Assembly: GCA_964631415.1 (NCBI GenBank)
Contig: CAZVZC010000012.1
Coordinates: 14,317 to 45,513 of the forward strand
DNA length: 31,197 nucleotides
Direction: 5' to 3'
DNA from: an uncultured archaeon
Lineage (GTDB): Archaea; Asgardarchaeota; Thorarchaeia; Thorarchaeales; Thorarchaeaceae
The notes beneath the pieces were generated by a model. That model did no database searches and was not told the origin of the DNA. It was given only the letters and a program-made list of their open reading frames with translations. A program made the position numbers and the translations under genes. Positions 23,866-31,197 of the stretch are shown here, in pieces. Position 1 is the first letter of the stretch; each line of letters begins with the position of its first letter.

Positions 23866-24753
23866 ATGACCCGAAGACTTGGAGTTGCAGGACTGCAGCT
23901 GACGAAGGATCCTGATAGCGAACTAAACATCTCGAGGTTCGAAGAGATCGTAACAAGAACGAAGACTCGATACCCTTGGGTCGACCTCGTGTTCGCAGGC
24001 GAGTTGCTACTTCAGAAGTATGGGGTCAAGGATTGGAAAGAACATGCCCAGCCAATGCCGAACGATCTAATCGAGCGTCTGGCTCATCTAGCCAAGAAGG
24101 CTCATTGTTGGCTCATGCCCGGCTCATTCCTTGAGAAAGATGGCTCCAAGATTTACAATACATCAGTCGTATTCGATCCGACCGGGAAGCTGGTCGCAAA
24201 GTACAGAAAGCTATTCCCATGGGTGCCATACGAAGACACGAGCTTTGGTTCTGAGTTTGTGATGTTCGAAATCCCTGATGTCGCTAAGATTGGGCTCACG
24301 ATATGCTATGATGTCTGGTTTCCTGAGGTGTACAGAACCCTTGCATGGATGGGCGCGGAGGTGATACTGCAGCCCTCAGCAAGTTACACACCTGACCGGG
24401 ATGCGGAACTGGTGCTCGTGCAAGCTGAGGCCATCATGAACCAGTGTTATGTTCTCAATGCCAACATAATAGAGCCTCAGGGAGGAGGGAAGTCGATATT
24501 CGCAGACCCAGAGGGCCGCATAATCCAGCAGGCGGGTACGCATGAGGAAATCATGATCCACGCACTTGACATAGACAAGGTGTCTTGGGTGCGCGACAAC
24601 GGCTCCTATGCCATATGCGCCGTCTGGAAGGCTCTCAGGGACTCACCTCTAGAAGGTCGATTTCCTCCTTACAAGGACCTCAGAAGTGGCGCAGTCTTCA
24701 AAGGTCTGAAAGAAACCAAGGTGCAGAGCAGCATAAGGGAGTGGAAGACCTAA
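23866..24753 (+). CDS. Carbon-nitrogen hydrolase (nitrilase superfamily amidase)
   Basis: E-K-C triad motifs FAGELL, YRKLFPW, ICYDVWFPE. Confidence 0.92.
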   Translation: MTRRLGVAGLQLTKDPDSELNISRFEEIVTRTKTRYPWVDLVFAGELLLQKYGVKDWKEHAQPMPNDLIERLAHLAKKAHCWLMPGSFLEKDGSKIYNTSVVFDPTGKLVAKYRKLFPWVPYEDTSFGSEFVMFEIPDVAKIGLTICYDVWFPEVYRTLAWMGAEVILQPSASYTPDRDAELVLVQAEAIMNQCYVLNANIIEPQGGGKSIFADPEGRIIQQAGTHEEIMIHALDIDKVSWVRDNGSYAICAVWKALRDSPLEGRFPPYKDLRSGAVFKGLKETKVQSSIREWKT

Positions 24754-26046
24754 TTGTCTGTTGAACAGCGAGCCGTGGTGCGCGACGCGATACGGGGCAG
24801 CGTGGATGAACTAGTCCAGCTAACTCGGGAACTCGTCCGCATCCCGAGCATATCGGGGAATGAAAACGACGTTCAGACATTCATTGTGCGCAAGCTTGGA
24901 GGGATGGGTCTTAATGCGCAGATGGTCTACCCCGAAATCAGTCGACTCAGGCAGCATCCTGACTTTTTTGAAACCACATCTTTCCTGAAGTATGGCTACG
25001 AGAACAGGCCCAATGTGGTGGCACGTCTACCTGGTTCAGGAGGAGGAAGGTCCATCTGCCTAGCAGGACATGTGGATGTCGTATCCCCTGAGCCAGTTGA
25101 CAAGTGGACACATGGCCCTTGGTCAGGTGACGTCCATGAGGGGAGGATCTATGGCCGTGGAGCGGCTGACATGAAGGGTGGCCTAGCTTCCATGATTATC
25201 GCGGTGAAAGCCATTCAGGAGTCGGGTCTCAAGCTGAAGGGTGATGTTCATCTCGAAACCACAATCGAGGAAGAGGATGGAGGAATCGGAGGAAGTCTGT
25301 TCCTGAGAATGACCCAACCACATGTCGACGCCGCGTTAAACCCAGAACCCAGTGGCTTGGGTATATGCATAGCAAGCGCTGGCGTCATGTACTTCCGGGT
25401 TGTGGTGCCCGGTGTGCCTGCCCATGCTGCCTGGGCACATATCGGTGTGAACGCCATTCTGAAGATGAACCGTGTTGTGGAAGAGCTCAACAGACTTCAC
25501 GAGAGGAGGCAGGCGCGGATCAGCTACCATTATGCAGAGGCGTCGGACCCCAGAATGCAGGGTCGTTCGACAACGCTCAACATCGGTGTCATAAGAGGTG
25601 GCGACTGGCCTTCCACCGTACCTGGCCGGTGCGAGATCGAATGTCGGATTGGCTGGCCGCCTGGCGAAACACGTGAGCAAGTTATGGCAGAAGTCCAAGG
25701 TGTGGTCAACACAGTGGCACAGAAAGATCCATGGCTCAGGGACAACCCACCCCGCATCGAGTGGTTTGGGTGGCGCGCTAGGCCCCATGAGCAAGACGTG
25801 AACCATCCTTTTGTGAAGTTACTCAAGGAGCAAGTCACCAAAGCTGTCGGGCGTCCTCCTGTGTTTTACGGAGGAGCCGCAGGCCTAGACACTCGGTTCT
25901 TTGCCCACCATGGAATAGCATCTGCGATGTTCGGTCCAAAAGGAGATAGAACTCACTCAACAGACGAGTTTGTTGAGATAGACTCGATGGTGAAGTCTGC
26001 GGAGGTCATAGCAGCCACTGTCATCGACTGGTGTGGCGTTGCTTGA
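24754..26046 (+). CDS. M20 ArgE/DapE-family deacylase
   Basis: LAGHVDVV, YGRGAADMKGG, IEEEDGG, PEP, PAHAA, GGDWPSTVP, THSTDE. Confidence 0.92.
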   Translation: MSVEQRAVVRDAIRGSVDELVQLTRELVRIPSISGNENDVQTFIVRKLGGMGLNAQMVYPEISRLRQHPDFFETTSFLKYGYENRPNVVARLPGSGGGRSICLAGHVDVVSPEPVDKWTHGPWSGDVHEGRIYGRGAADMKGGLASMIIAVKAIQESGLKLKGDVHLETTIEEEDGGIGGSLFLRMTQPHVDAALNPEPSGLGICIASAGVMYFRVVVPGVPAHAAWAHIGVNAILKMNRVVEELNRLHERRQARISYHYAEASDPRMQGRSTTLNIGVIRGGDWPSTVPGRCEIECRIGWPPGETREQVMAEVQGVVNTVAQKDPWLRDNPPRIEWFGWRARPHEQDVNHPFVKLLKEQVTKAVGRPPVFYGGAAGLDTRFFAHHGIASAMFGPKGDRTHSTDEFVEIDSMVKSAEVIAATVIDWCGVA

Positions 26047-26077
26047 AGCTGTAAGAAACGGAAGGTGCAAGTGAACA

Positions 26078-26908
26078 ATGGAATGGTCAAATGGAGCCAA
26101 GTGTGTCGTGTGCCTGACATTCGATGTGGACGCAGACATCTCATGGCGGAACATTCTGAGGCGCCACAAGATTGAGCGCGACAACCCAGTGGTCTTGTCA
26201 CAGGGGTTGTATGATCCGAAGGCCGGCGTGCCGCGCGTTCTGAGGCTTCTGAAAAAGCACAGCATCAGAGCCACGTTCTTCATACCAGGAGAGGTCGCAG
26301 AGAAGTACCCGGAAATGACGAGGAGTATCGCGAAGGACGGACACGAGATCGGGCATCACGGATATTCACACAGGAATCCTGCCAGCTGTAGTCTTCCTGA
26401 GGAGAAGGAAGAGCTTGAGAAGGGTTTCAGAATCTTGGAGGGCCTCACGGGCAGAAGGCCGGTGGGATACAGGGCGCCCGCCGCTGACATGAGCACCAAT
26501 ACGCTTGACCTGTTGGCTGACTACAATCTTGTGTACGACAGCAGCATGATGGATGACGATCTGCCCTACCTCGTCAAAGCAAGGGGGAAGGAGATTGTGG
26601 AACTCCCCATCCGTTGGCTGCTCGATGATTGGGTGTACTTTGGCTTCAACTACTTCCCACCTCTGGAATACCAGAGCGGCATTTCAAGCCACAGGAAGGT
26701 CTTTGAGATATGGTCTGACGAGTTCGAAGCGGTTTATGATGAGGGGCTCTACTACATGCTGTTGACGCACCCCCAGATCATAGGGGTCCCTTCGAGAGCT
26801 AGGATGCTTGAGAAGCTGATTGAGCTCATGAAGTCCAAGAAACGAGTATGGTTCGCCACGCCTTCTGAGATTGCCCAGTTCTGGAAGGAGAGTGCCAGCA
26901 GAAAATGA
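26078..26908 (+). CDS. Polysaccharide deacetylase (CE4) family amidohydrolase, PuuE/HP0310-like
   Basis: LTFDVDAD, ATFFIPG, GHEIGHHGYSH, GYRAP, YDSSMM, ELPI, THPQIIG..SR. Confidence 0.9.
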   Translation: MEWSNGAKCVVCLTFDVDADISWRNILRRHKIERDNPVVLSQGLYDPKAGVPRVLRLLKKHSIRATFFIPGEVAEKYPEMTRSIAKDGHEIGHHGYSHRNPASCSLPEEKEELEKGFRILEGLTGRRPVGYRAPAADMSTNTLDLLADYNLVYDSSMMDDDLPYLVKARGKEIVELPIRWLLDDWVYFGFNYFPPLEYQSGISSHRKVFEIWSDEFEAVYDEGLYYMLLTHPQIIGVPSRARMLEKLIELMKSKKRVWFATPSEIAQFWKESASRK

Positions 26909-27666
26909 CAGGACGATTGAAGGACAAGGTTGCCGTGATAACTGGCATGAGCACAGGAATCGGCCGAGCATCGGCACTGTTGTTCGCACAAGAAGGTGCT
27001 AAGGTCGTTGGTGCTGACATCAATCAGGAGGAAGGACAGAAAGTCATCGACGCAATCAGACGCGCTGGAGGGGATGCGGTGTTCGTCAAGACGGATGTTT
27101 CTGAAGCCATCGATGTCAAGAAACTCGTAGAGAGAGCACTGGCCTACGGCAAGATACACATTCTCTTCAACAACGCGGGCATAGAGGTCGTGAAGAAGCT
27201 CCGGGACACCACAGAAGAGGAATGGGACAGGGCAATCAAGGTCAACCTGAAGTCAGTCTATCTGTGTTGCAGACAGGTGATTCCTGAGATGGTGAAAGCA
27301 GGCGGAGGTGCCATCATCAACACTTCCTCTGTCGCCGGTCTTGTGGGTTCTTTCTCTTCCGCCTACTCTGCAGCAAAGGGTGGTATCATTTCACTCACAA
27401 GGGTTTTGGCTGTCGAACTCGCTCACGACAATATACGCGTGAACTGCATCTGCCCGGGCGCGATAGAAACCCCGATGTTGCAGAGGACCCTTCAGAAACA
27501 GGGTGATCCAGAGCAGGTTCGCAAAGAGAGGCTCAGGGCGTATCCTGTCGGACGATTCGGAAGACCAGAAGAGGTCGCTCAGCTGGCTCTGTTCTTCGCT
27601 TCTGACGAGTCCTCTTTCATGACTGGAGTGATAGCACCTGTTGACGGAGGATTCACAGCTATCTGA
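26905..27666 (+). CDS. Short-chain dehydrogenase/reductase (classical SDR, probably NAD-dependent)
   Basis: TGMSTGIG, GADIN (acidic residue after beta-2), NNAG, S..YSAAKG, PGAIETPM, VDGG. ATGA overlap with the upstream gene. Confidence 0.95.
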   Translation: MTGRLKDKVAVITGMSTGIGRASALLFAQEGAKVVGADINQEEGQKVIDAIRRAGGDAVFVKTDVSEAIDVKKLVERALAYGKIHILFNNAGIEVVKKLRDTTEEEWDRAIKVNLKSVYLCCRQVIPEMVKAGGGAIINTSSVAGLVGSFSSAYSAAKGGIISLTRVLAVELAHDNIRVNCICPGAIETPMLQRTLQKQGDPEQVRKERLRAYPVGRFGRPEEVAQLALFFASDESSFMTGVIAPVDGGFTAI

Positions 27667-27704
27667 GCGATTAAGTCATCGCATTCCTCCCTGTGGACGC
27701 TCCT

Positions 27705-29000
27705 CTAGTTAAGATACAGGTACTTCTCGATCTCCCAGTCTGTGACGCCAGTTGGATTCTGACCACCTGCTACACTCACATAGTCACGCCATTCGGCTGT
27801 GCGGAGTCTGACAATGTAGTCGACGGCCGTTTCTCCTAGGGCCCGTCTGAGCACACTGTCTTCTTGGAGACAGTGCAGTGCTTCAATCAGCGTACCCGGA
27901 AGACATGGAGTGTCTGAATCGATGTGGTACAGGTCTTCAGACGTGGGTGCAGGCGGTTCCAGATCCTTTGTCACTCCATCGAGACCTGCGGCTAGGACTG
28001 CAGCTATTGCCAAGTGGGGGCTGCACGACGAATCGGGGCACCTGAACTCTATCCTTGCCTTCTTGTCACAACCATTGAACTGTGGGATTCTGATCATGGT
28101 CGTTCTGTTTCTCGGACCCCATGCGATTCGAGTCGGGGCTTCGAAACCGGGTCTGAGTCTCTTGAAGGAGTTGACAGTAGGTGCGACAATCGCTGACAAA
28201 GCAGAAGCGTGCTCCATAATGCCTGCCACATAGTGTCGGGCCTGGTCGGAAACAGTTCCTTCAAGCCCGCTGGCGAACAGGTTGGTGCCTTGTTCGTCCC
28301 ACAGACTAAGGTGAAGATGCATGCCGCTGCCACTCTTCCCTGCGAATGGTTTTGGCATGAACGTCGCAACCATGCCCTTACTGTAAGCGAGTTCCGTAAT
28401 TGCCAGCCTCGCGAGCACTATTCTGTCCGCTATTTCGGGGGCTGACTCATACGCTAGGCCAATCTCCTGCTGACCTGCGGCGACCTCGTGGTGATGCGCA
28501 GTCGTAGCGATACCCATGACGCCTAGAGTCCTAATGACGTCACGTCTCAGTCCCAGACCGCCATCGGAGGGCTGCGTCGCGCAGTAGCTGCCTTGGTCCA
28601 CGGTCACAATGCCATTGCTCAGGGTCTTCCAGACCAAGAAGAACTCAATCTCTGGCCCTACTCGCAAAGTGACCCCTTGTTTGGCTGCATCTGTTACCAC
28701 TCTGTTGAGTACGTTTCTCGGGTCGCACAGATGTGGAGCTCCTGATGTATCATGAACGCCGCACAACAGAACTGCGGCACTGGGATCCCACGGCTCGCGG
28801 ATGGGCTCATGTGTGAACGGGCGCAACAGCAGGTCACTTGAGTTGACGGCGGCGTATCCTACGGAAGAGCCGTCGATGAAGACTCCGTCTCTGACCACTT
28901 CGGTAAGAGAGTCGTAGCTGACCTCAACACTCCTGCTCGTGCCGAGCGGCGTGGAAAAGAGCAGTCTGAGGAATTCTGGGTGGTCGCTTGGATGTGTCAT
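27705..29000 (-). CDS. glnA: Glutamine synthetase type I family protein (divergent)
   Basis: IDGSS, GPEIEFFL, HHEVAAGQQEI, TFMPKPF..SGSGMHLHLSL, NSFKRL.PGFEAP, NRTTMIRIP, RIEFRCPD. Confidence 0.8.
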   Translation of the reverse strand: MTHPSDHPEFLRLLFSTPLGTSRSVEVSYDSLTEVVRDGVFIDGSSVGYAAVNSSDLLLRPFTHEPIREPWDPSAAVLLCGVHDTSGAPHLCDPRNVLNRVVTDAAKQGVTLRVGPEIEFFLVWKTLSNGIVTVDQGSYCATQPSDGGLGLRRDVIRTLGVMGIATTAHHHEVAAGQQEIGLAYESAPEIADRIVLARLAITELAYSKGMVATFMPKPFAGKSGSGMHLHLSLWDEQGTNLFASGLEGTVSDQARHYVAGIMEHASALSAIVAPTVNSFKRLRPGFEAPTRIAWGPRNRTTMIRIPQFNGCDKKARIEFRCPDSSCSPHLAIAAVLAAGLDGVTKDLEPPAPTSEDLYHIDSDTPCLPGTLIEALHCLQEDSVLRRALGETAVDYIVRLRTAEWRDYVSVAGGQNPTGVTDWEIEKYLYLN

Positions 29001-29046
29001 TCGTGTCTGTGATCCATCTGGAGTTTCACTACGGGCCGCAATCTTC

Positions 29047-29063
29047 TACTATAAGCATTTCCG
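29047..29063 (-). promoter_or_regulatory. BRE/TATA promoter of the glnA-like gene
   Basis: Minus strand ggaaatgCTTATAGta, about 50 nt upstream of ATG 29000. Confidence 0.55.
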
Positions 29064-29069
29064 GCAGAA

Positions 29070-29088
29070 AACAGAATGTATTTCTGTT
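29070..29088. promoter_or_regulatory. Palindromic Lrp-type operator between divergent glnA-like and lrp genes
   Basis: AACAGAA-TGTAT-TTCTGTT. The core CAGAATGTATTTCTG matches 13 of 15 positions of the E. coli Lrp consensus YAGHAWATTWTDCTR. Confidence 0.65.
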
Positions 29089-29108
29089 CTTACGGTGAAT
29101 CATGCGTT

Positions 29109-29618
29109 ATGACCGAAAGAAATTCGGCGGCATTGGACGACACGGACATCGCGATATTGCAGCTTCTTCAGACTAACTGCAAGATGAGCATCCAAGAGAT
29201 CTCTCAGGAGGTTGGCAAAGGGATTTCTGCAGTTCACGCGCGAATCAAGGCACTTGAGAATGTAGGAGTGATTAGGCAGTACACGGCGCTGCTCGACCCC
29301 ACAAAGCTATCTCGTCCTACTCTGGCATTCGTGCTTATCAGAGTCAGATATCGCGCGCCCGGGGAAAGAGGTGTGCTTTCCCAGAGAGAGTTCTGTAAGG
29401 AGATAGCTCAACACCCGCTAGTGCAGGATGTTCATGTCCTAAGCGGTGACTATGATGTGTTGCTGAAGATTAGGGCTAAAGACATTGAAGAGATTAATCA
29501 CTTCATCGTTGACTTTCTGAGGGAGATGCCAGCAGTTGACAGGACACTGACCATGTTCGCAATGGACAGCTATCTCGAATCAACAGAGCTCAGAAACCTT
29601 CGGTCAATAGGACATTGA
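29109..29618 (+). CDS. Lrp/AsnC-family transcriptional regulator
   Basis: LDDTDIAILQLLQ..HTH..RIKALENVGVIRQY, and RAM domain VHVLSGDYDVLLK. ATG 29109 with GGTGA upstream is preferred over 29076. Confidence 0.93.
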   Translation: MTERNSAALDDTDIAILQLLQTNCKMSIQEISQEVGKGISAVHARIKALENVGVIRQYTALLDPTKLSRPTLAFVLIRVRYRAPGERGVLSQREFCKEIAQHPLVQDVHVLSGDYDVLLKIRAKDIEEINHFIVDFLREMPAVDRTLTMFAMDSYLESTELRNLRSIGH

Positions 29619-29891
29619 TGCGGCTTCGTCATGGCTGGTAGTGAACTGCCTTCATCGCCTTTTTGACGAATGGTAGCCTGCTCACTAAGTTGAACAAGCC
29701 CAACGCGGGTTGTGGCATTGACACACGATGCAATTGAAGAACTCTGGCATCCTGTGAGGGCTCATCGGGTCATGCCTGCGCGTGGCATGCTGTGCGGGGG
29801 TATCCGAAGCTGTTAAGTACCAGCTGCAGCCGACTGCGCATCGTATCGACCAGCACTTTCCACGGTCGACAAGGGGCAAACGAGATTAAAG

Positions 29892-31154
29892 ATGAGTCGT
29901 CGAGTCTGTTTGGCTGGCGGCGCGGCCACGCCCTTTGACTACCCCATGCACATCGAACCCGAGTCCATGATAGCAAACTGCATTGTGGAGACCCAGCAGG
30001 ACATACCTGACTTCCACTTGCGTGACCTGCAATTCATGATTTACTCTCACTTCTCAGTGCATTTCGGTAAGCAATTGTCACCTGAGTGGATCGTACATGA
30101 CCACTTGGGTCTCGTGGGCCTGCCGCACTTTCGTATCGAAAACGGTGGCAACACCGGAGGCTCAGCACTCTATGGTGCTTTCCTCGCTGTGAAGTCTGGC
30201 CTGTTCGACGTTGTCGGAGTGGCCGGATGGGAAACGATGGACACTGTGACTCAGTCTCAGGGTTCTGAGTTCATCGCACTTGCATCCGACACACGCTATG
30301 AGGCACTCGCAGGTGGGATTTACCCCATCTACTATGCGGCCATGGCATACAAGTTCATGAAAGAGAACGGTCTCACGGAGGAGGACTTCGCGCTCGCCGC
30401 AATCAAGAATCGGAACAACGCTGTAGACAACGAGAAGTCGCAATGGTATCGCGGCGAGTATCAGCAGTACAAGCGAGACCTCACTGTGGATGACGTAATG
30501 AGGAGCAGGCTCATGAGCTATCCATTGAAGCGCTATGACTGCTGTCTCATGAGCCGTGGCGGTGCATTCTGCTTGGTCACGAGCGAGGATTGGGCAAAGA
30601 AGCACGCAGACGGGAAGTATGTCGTTATCGACGGTGCCGGTCTGAGCAGCTGCACCATTAGGGCTGGCGACAGGCTGCACTTTCCAGGTTGGGACGAACA
30701 GTATGGCAAGGGGTATCCTGACATGACCGAGTTTGCCGCTTGCAGAAAGTCGGGCGAGGTAGCATACCAGATGGCCGGCATCGAGTATGATCGTGCTGTC
30801 AAGGAGGTTGATGTGGCCGAGATTCACGACGCCTTCAGCAGCTCGGAAGTCCAGATCTACAAGGCGCTACACTGGTGTAACAAGGACAACATCAGGGAGT
30901 TCGTCCGTGATAAGAGGACATTCATGGGTGGAGATTTGCCTGTCAACCCCGGTGGTGGGCTGATGGGGTACGGACACCCAGTTGGTGCGACTGGTATCAT
31001 GTCTGCTGTAGAGTGCTATTATCAGCTGACGGACCTGACCCCGAAGAAACACAGGAGTTCGAAGACTTACGTGAAGAATGCGAACACAGGACTGGTGAAC
31101 AGTCACGCGGGCACTGGTACCAGCATATCGAACTTCATCCTGAGGAGGCCGTAG
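29892..31154 (+). CDS. Thiolase-family (SCP2-thiolase-like) protein lacking the nucleophilic Cys
   Basis: RIENGGNTGGSA at the site normally VENACASG; KNRNNA, PLKRYDCC, AEIHDAF, PVNPGGGL..YGHPVGATG. Confidence 0.88.
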   Translation: MSRRVCLAGGAATPFDYPMHIEPESMIANCIVETQQDIPDFHLRDLQFMIYSHFSVHFGKQLSPEWIVHDHLGLVGLPHFRIENGGNTGGSALYGAFLAVKSGLFDVVGVAGWETMDTVTQSQGSEFIALASDTRYEALAGGIYPIYYAAMAYKFMKENGLTEEDFALAAIKNRNNAVDNEKSQWYRGEYQQYKRDLTVDDVMRSRLMSYPLKRYDCCLMSRGGAFCLVTSEDWAKKHADGKYVVIDGAGLSSCTIRAGDRLHFPGWDEQYGKGYPDMTEFAACRKSGEVAYQMAGIEYDRAVKEVDVAEIHDAFSSSEVQIYKALHWCNKDNIREFVRDKRTFMGGDLPVNPGGGLMGYGHPVGATGIMSAVECYYQLTDLTPKKHRSSKTYVKNANTGLVNSHAGTGTSISNFILRRP

Positions 31155-31156
31155 AG

Positions 31157-31197
31157 ATGTCGAAGAAGACACAGAAGAAACCGGTGAAGAAGACCAC
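31157..31197 (+). CDS. 5' end of a downstream co-transcribed gene (MSKKTQKKPVKKT...), product not determinable
   Basis: ATG 2 nt after the thiolase TAG, GGAGG at 31144-31148, open to the window end. Confidence 0.6.
   Translation, partial: MSKKTQKKPVKKT

Noticed and set aside
29619-29891. 273-bp intergenic region with short dyads, a lone TGAACA and two short minus-strand ORFs
   Set aside because: Stems are short, a single hexamer is expected by chance, and the ORFs lack an RBS or motifs. Nothing beyond a likely thiolase promoter can be supported.
1-31197. Mobile elements, defence systems, rRNA/tRNA genes, selenoprotein read-through
   Set aside because: No transposase, integrase, nuclease or RNA-gene signature, and no interrupted conserved frame, was recognised by eye.

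Overview
Gene-dense archaeal chromosomal window. Archaeal BRE/TATA promoters, GGAGG ribosome-binding sites, a C-terminally anchored solute-binding protein and eukaryote-like domain architectures suggest an Asgard archaeon, possibly Thorarchaeia (inference). No rRNA, tRNA, CRISPR array or mobile element was recognised. The left part (1-9.2 kb) holds a Pro/Ala/Lys-repeat histone-H1-like gene missed by the ORF track, an MFS transporter and a candidate stand-alone structured small RNA. It also holds a three-gene locus of proteins resembling eukaryotic ER/Golgi factors: a Site-1-protease-like subtilase, divergent from an operon of a P-type ATPase with a PINIP (not PEGLP) M4 motif and a membrane-anchored protein with about 11 UFL1/DDRGK1-like winged-helix repeats. 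The middle (11.6-27.7 kb) looks like one regulon: an RHH/V4R-like regulator, a Dpp/Opp-family ABC importer with a fused DppB-DppC permease and apparent ACG/CTG starts, a surface BPL_N-type hydrolase and a six-gene amide/amine catabolic operon. The two target promoters share a 10-bp-phased TGTTCA/TGAACA hexamer array with identical spacing around the TATA box. The right end has a divergent glutamine synthetase with an Lrp regulator and a thiolase-family protein lacking the catalytic Cys. All family assignments come from motif recognition, not database searches.
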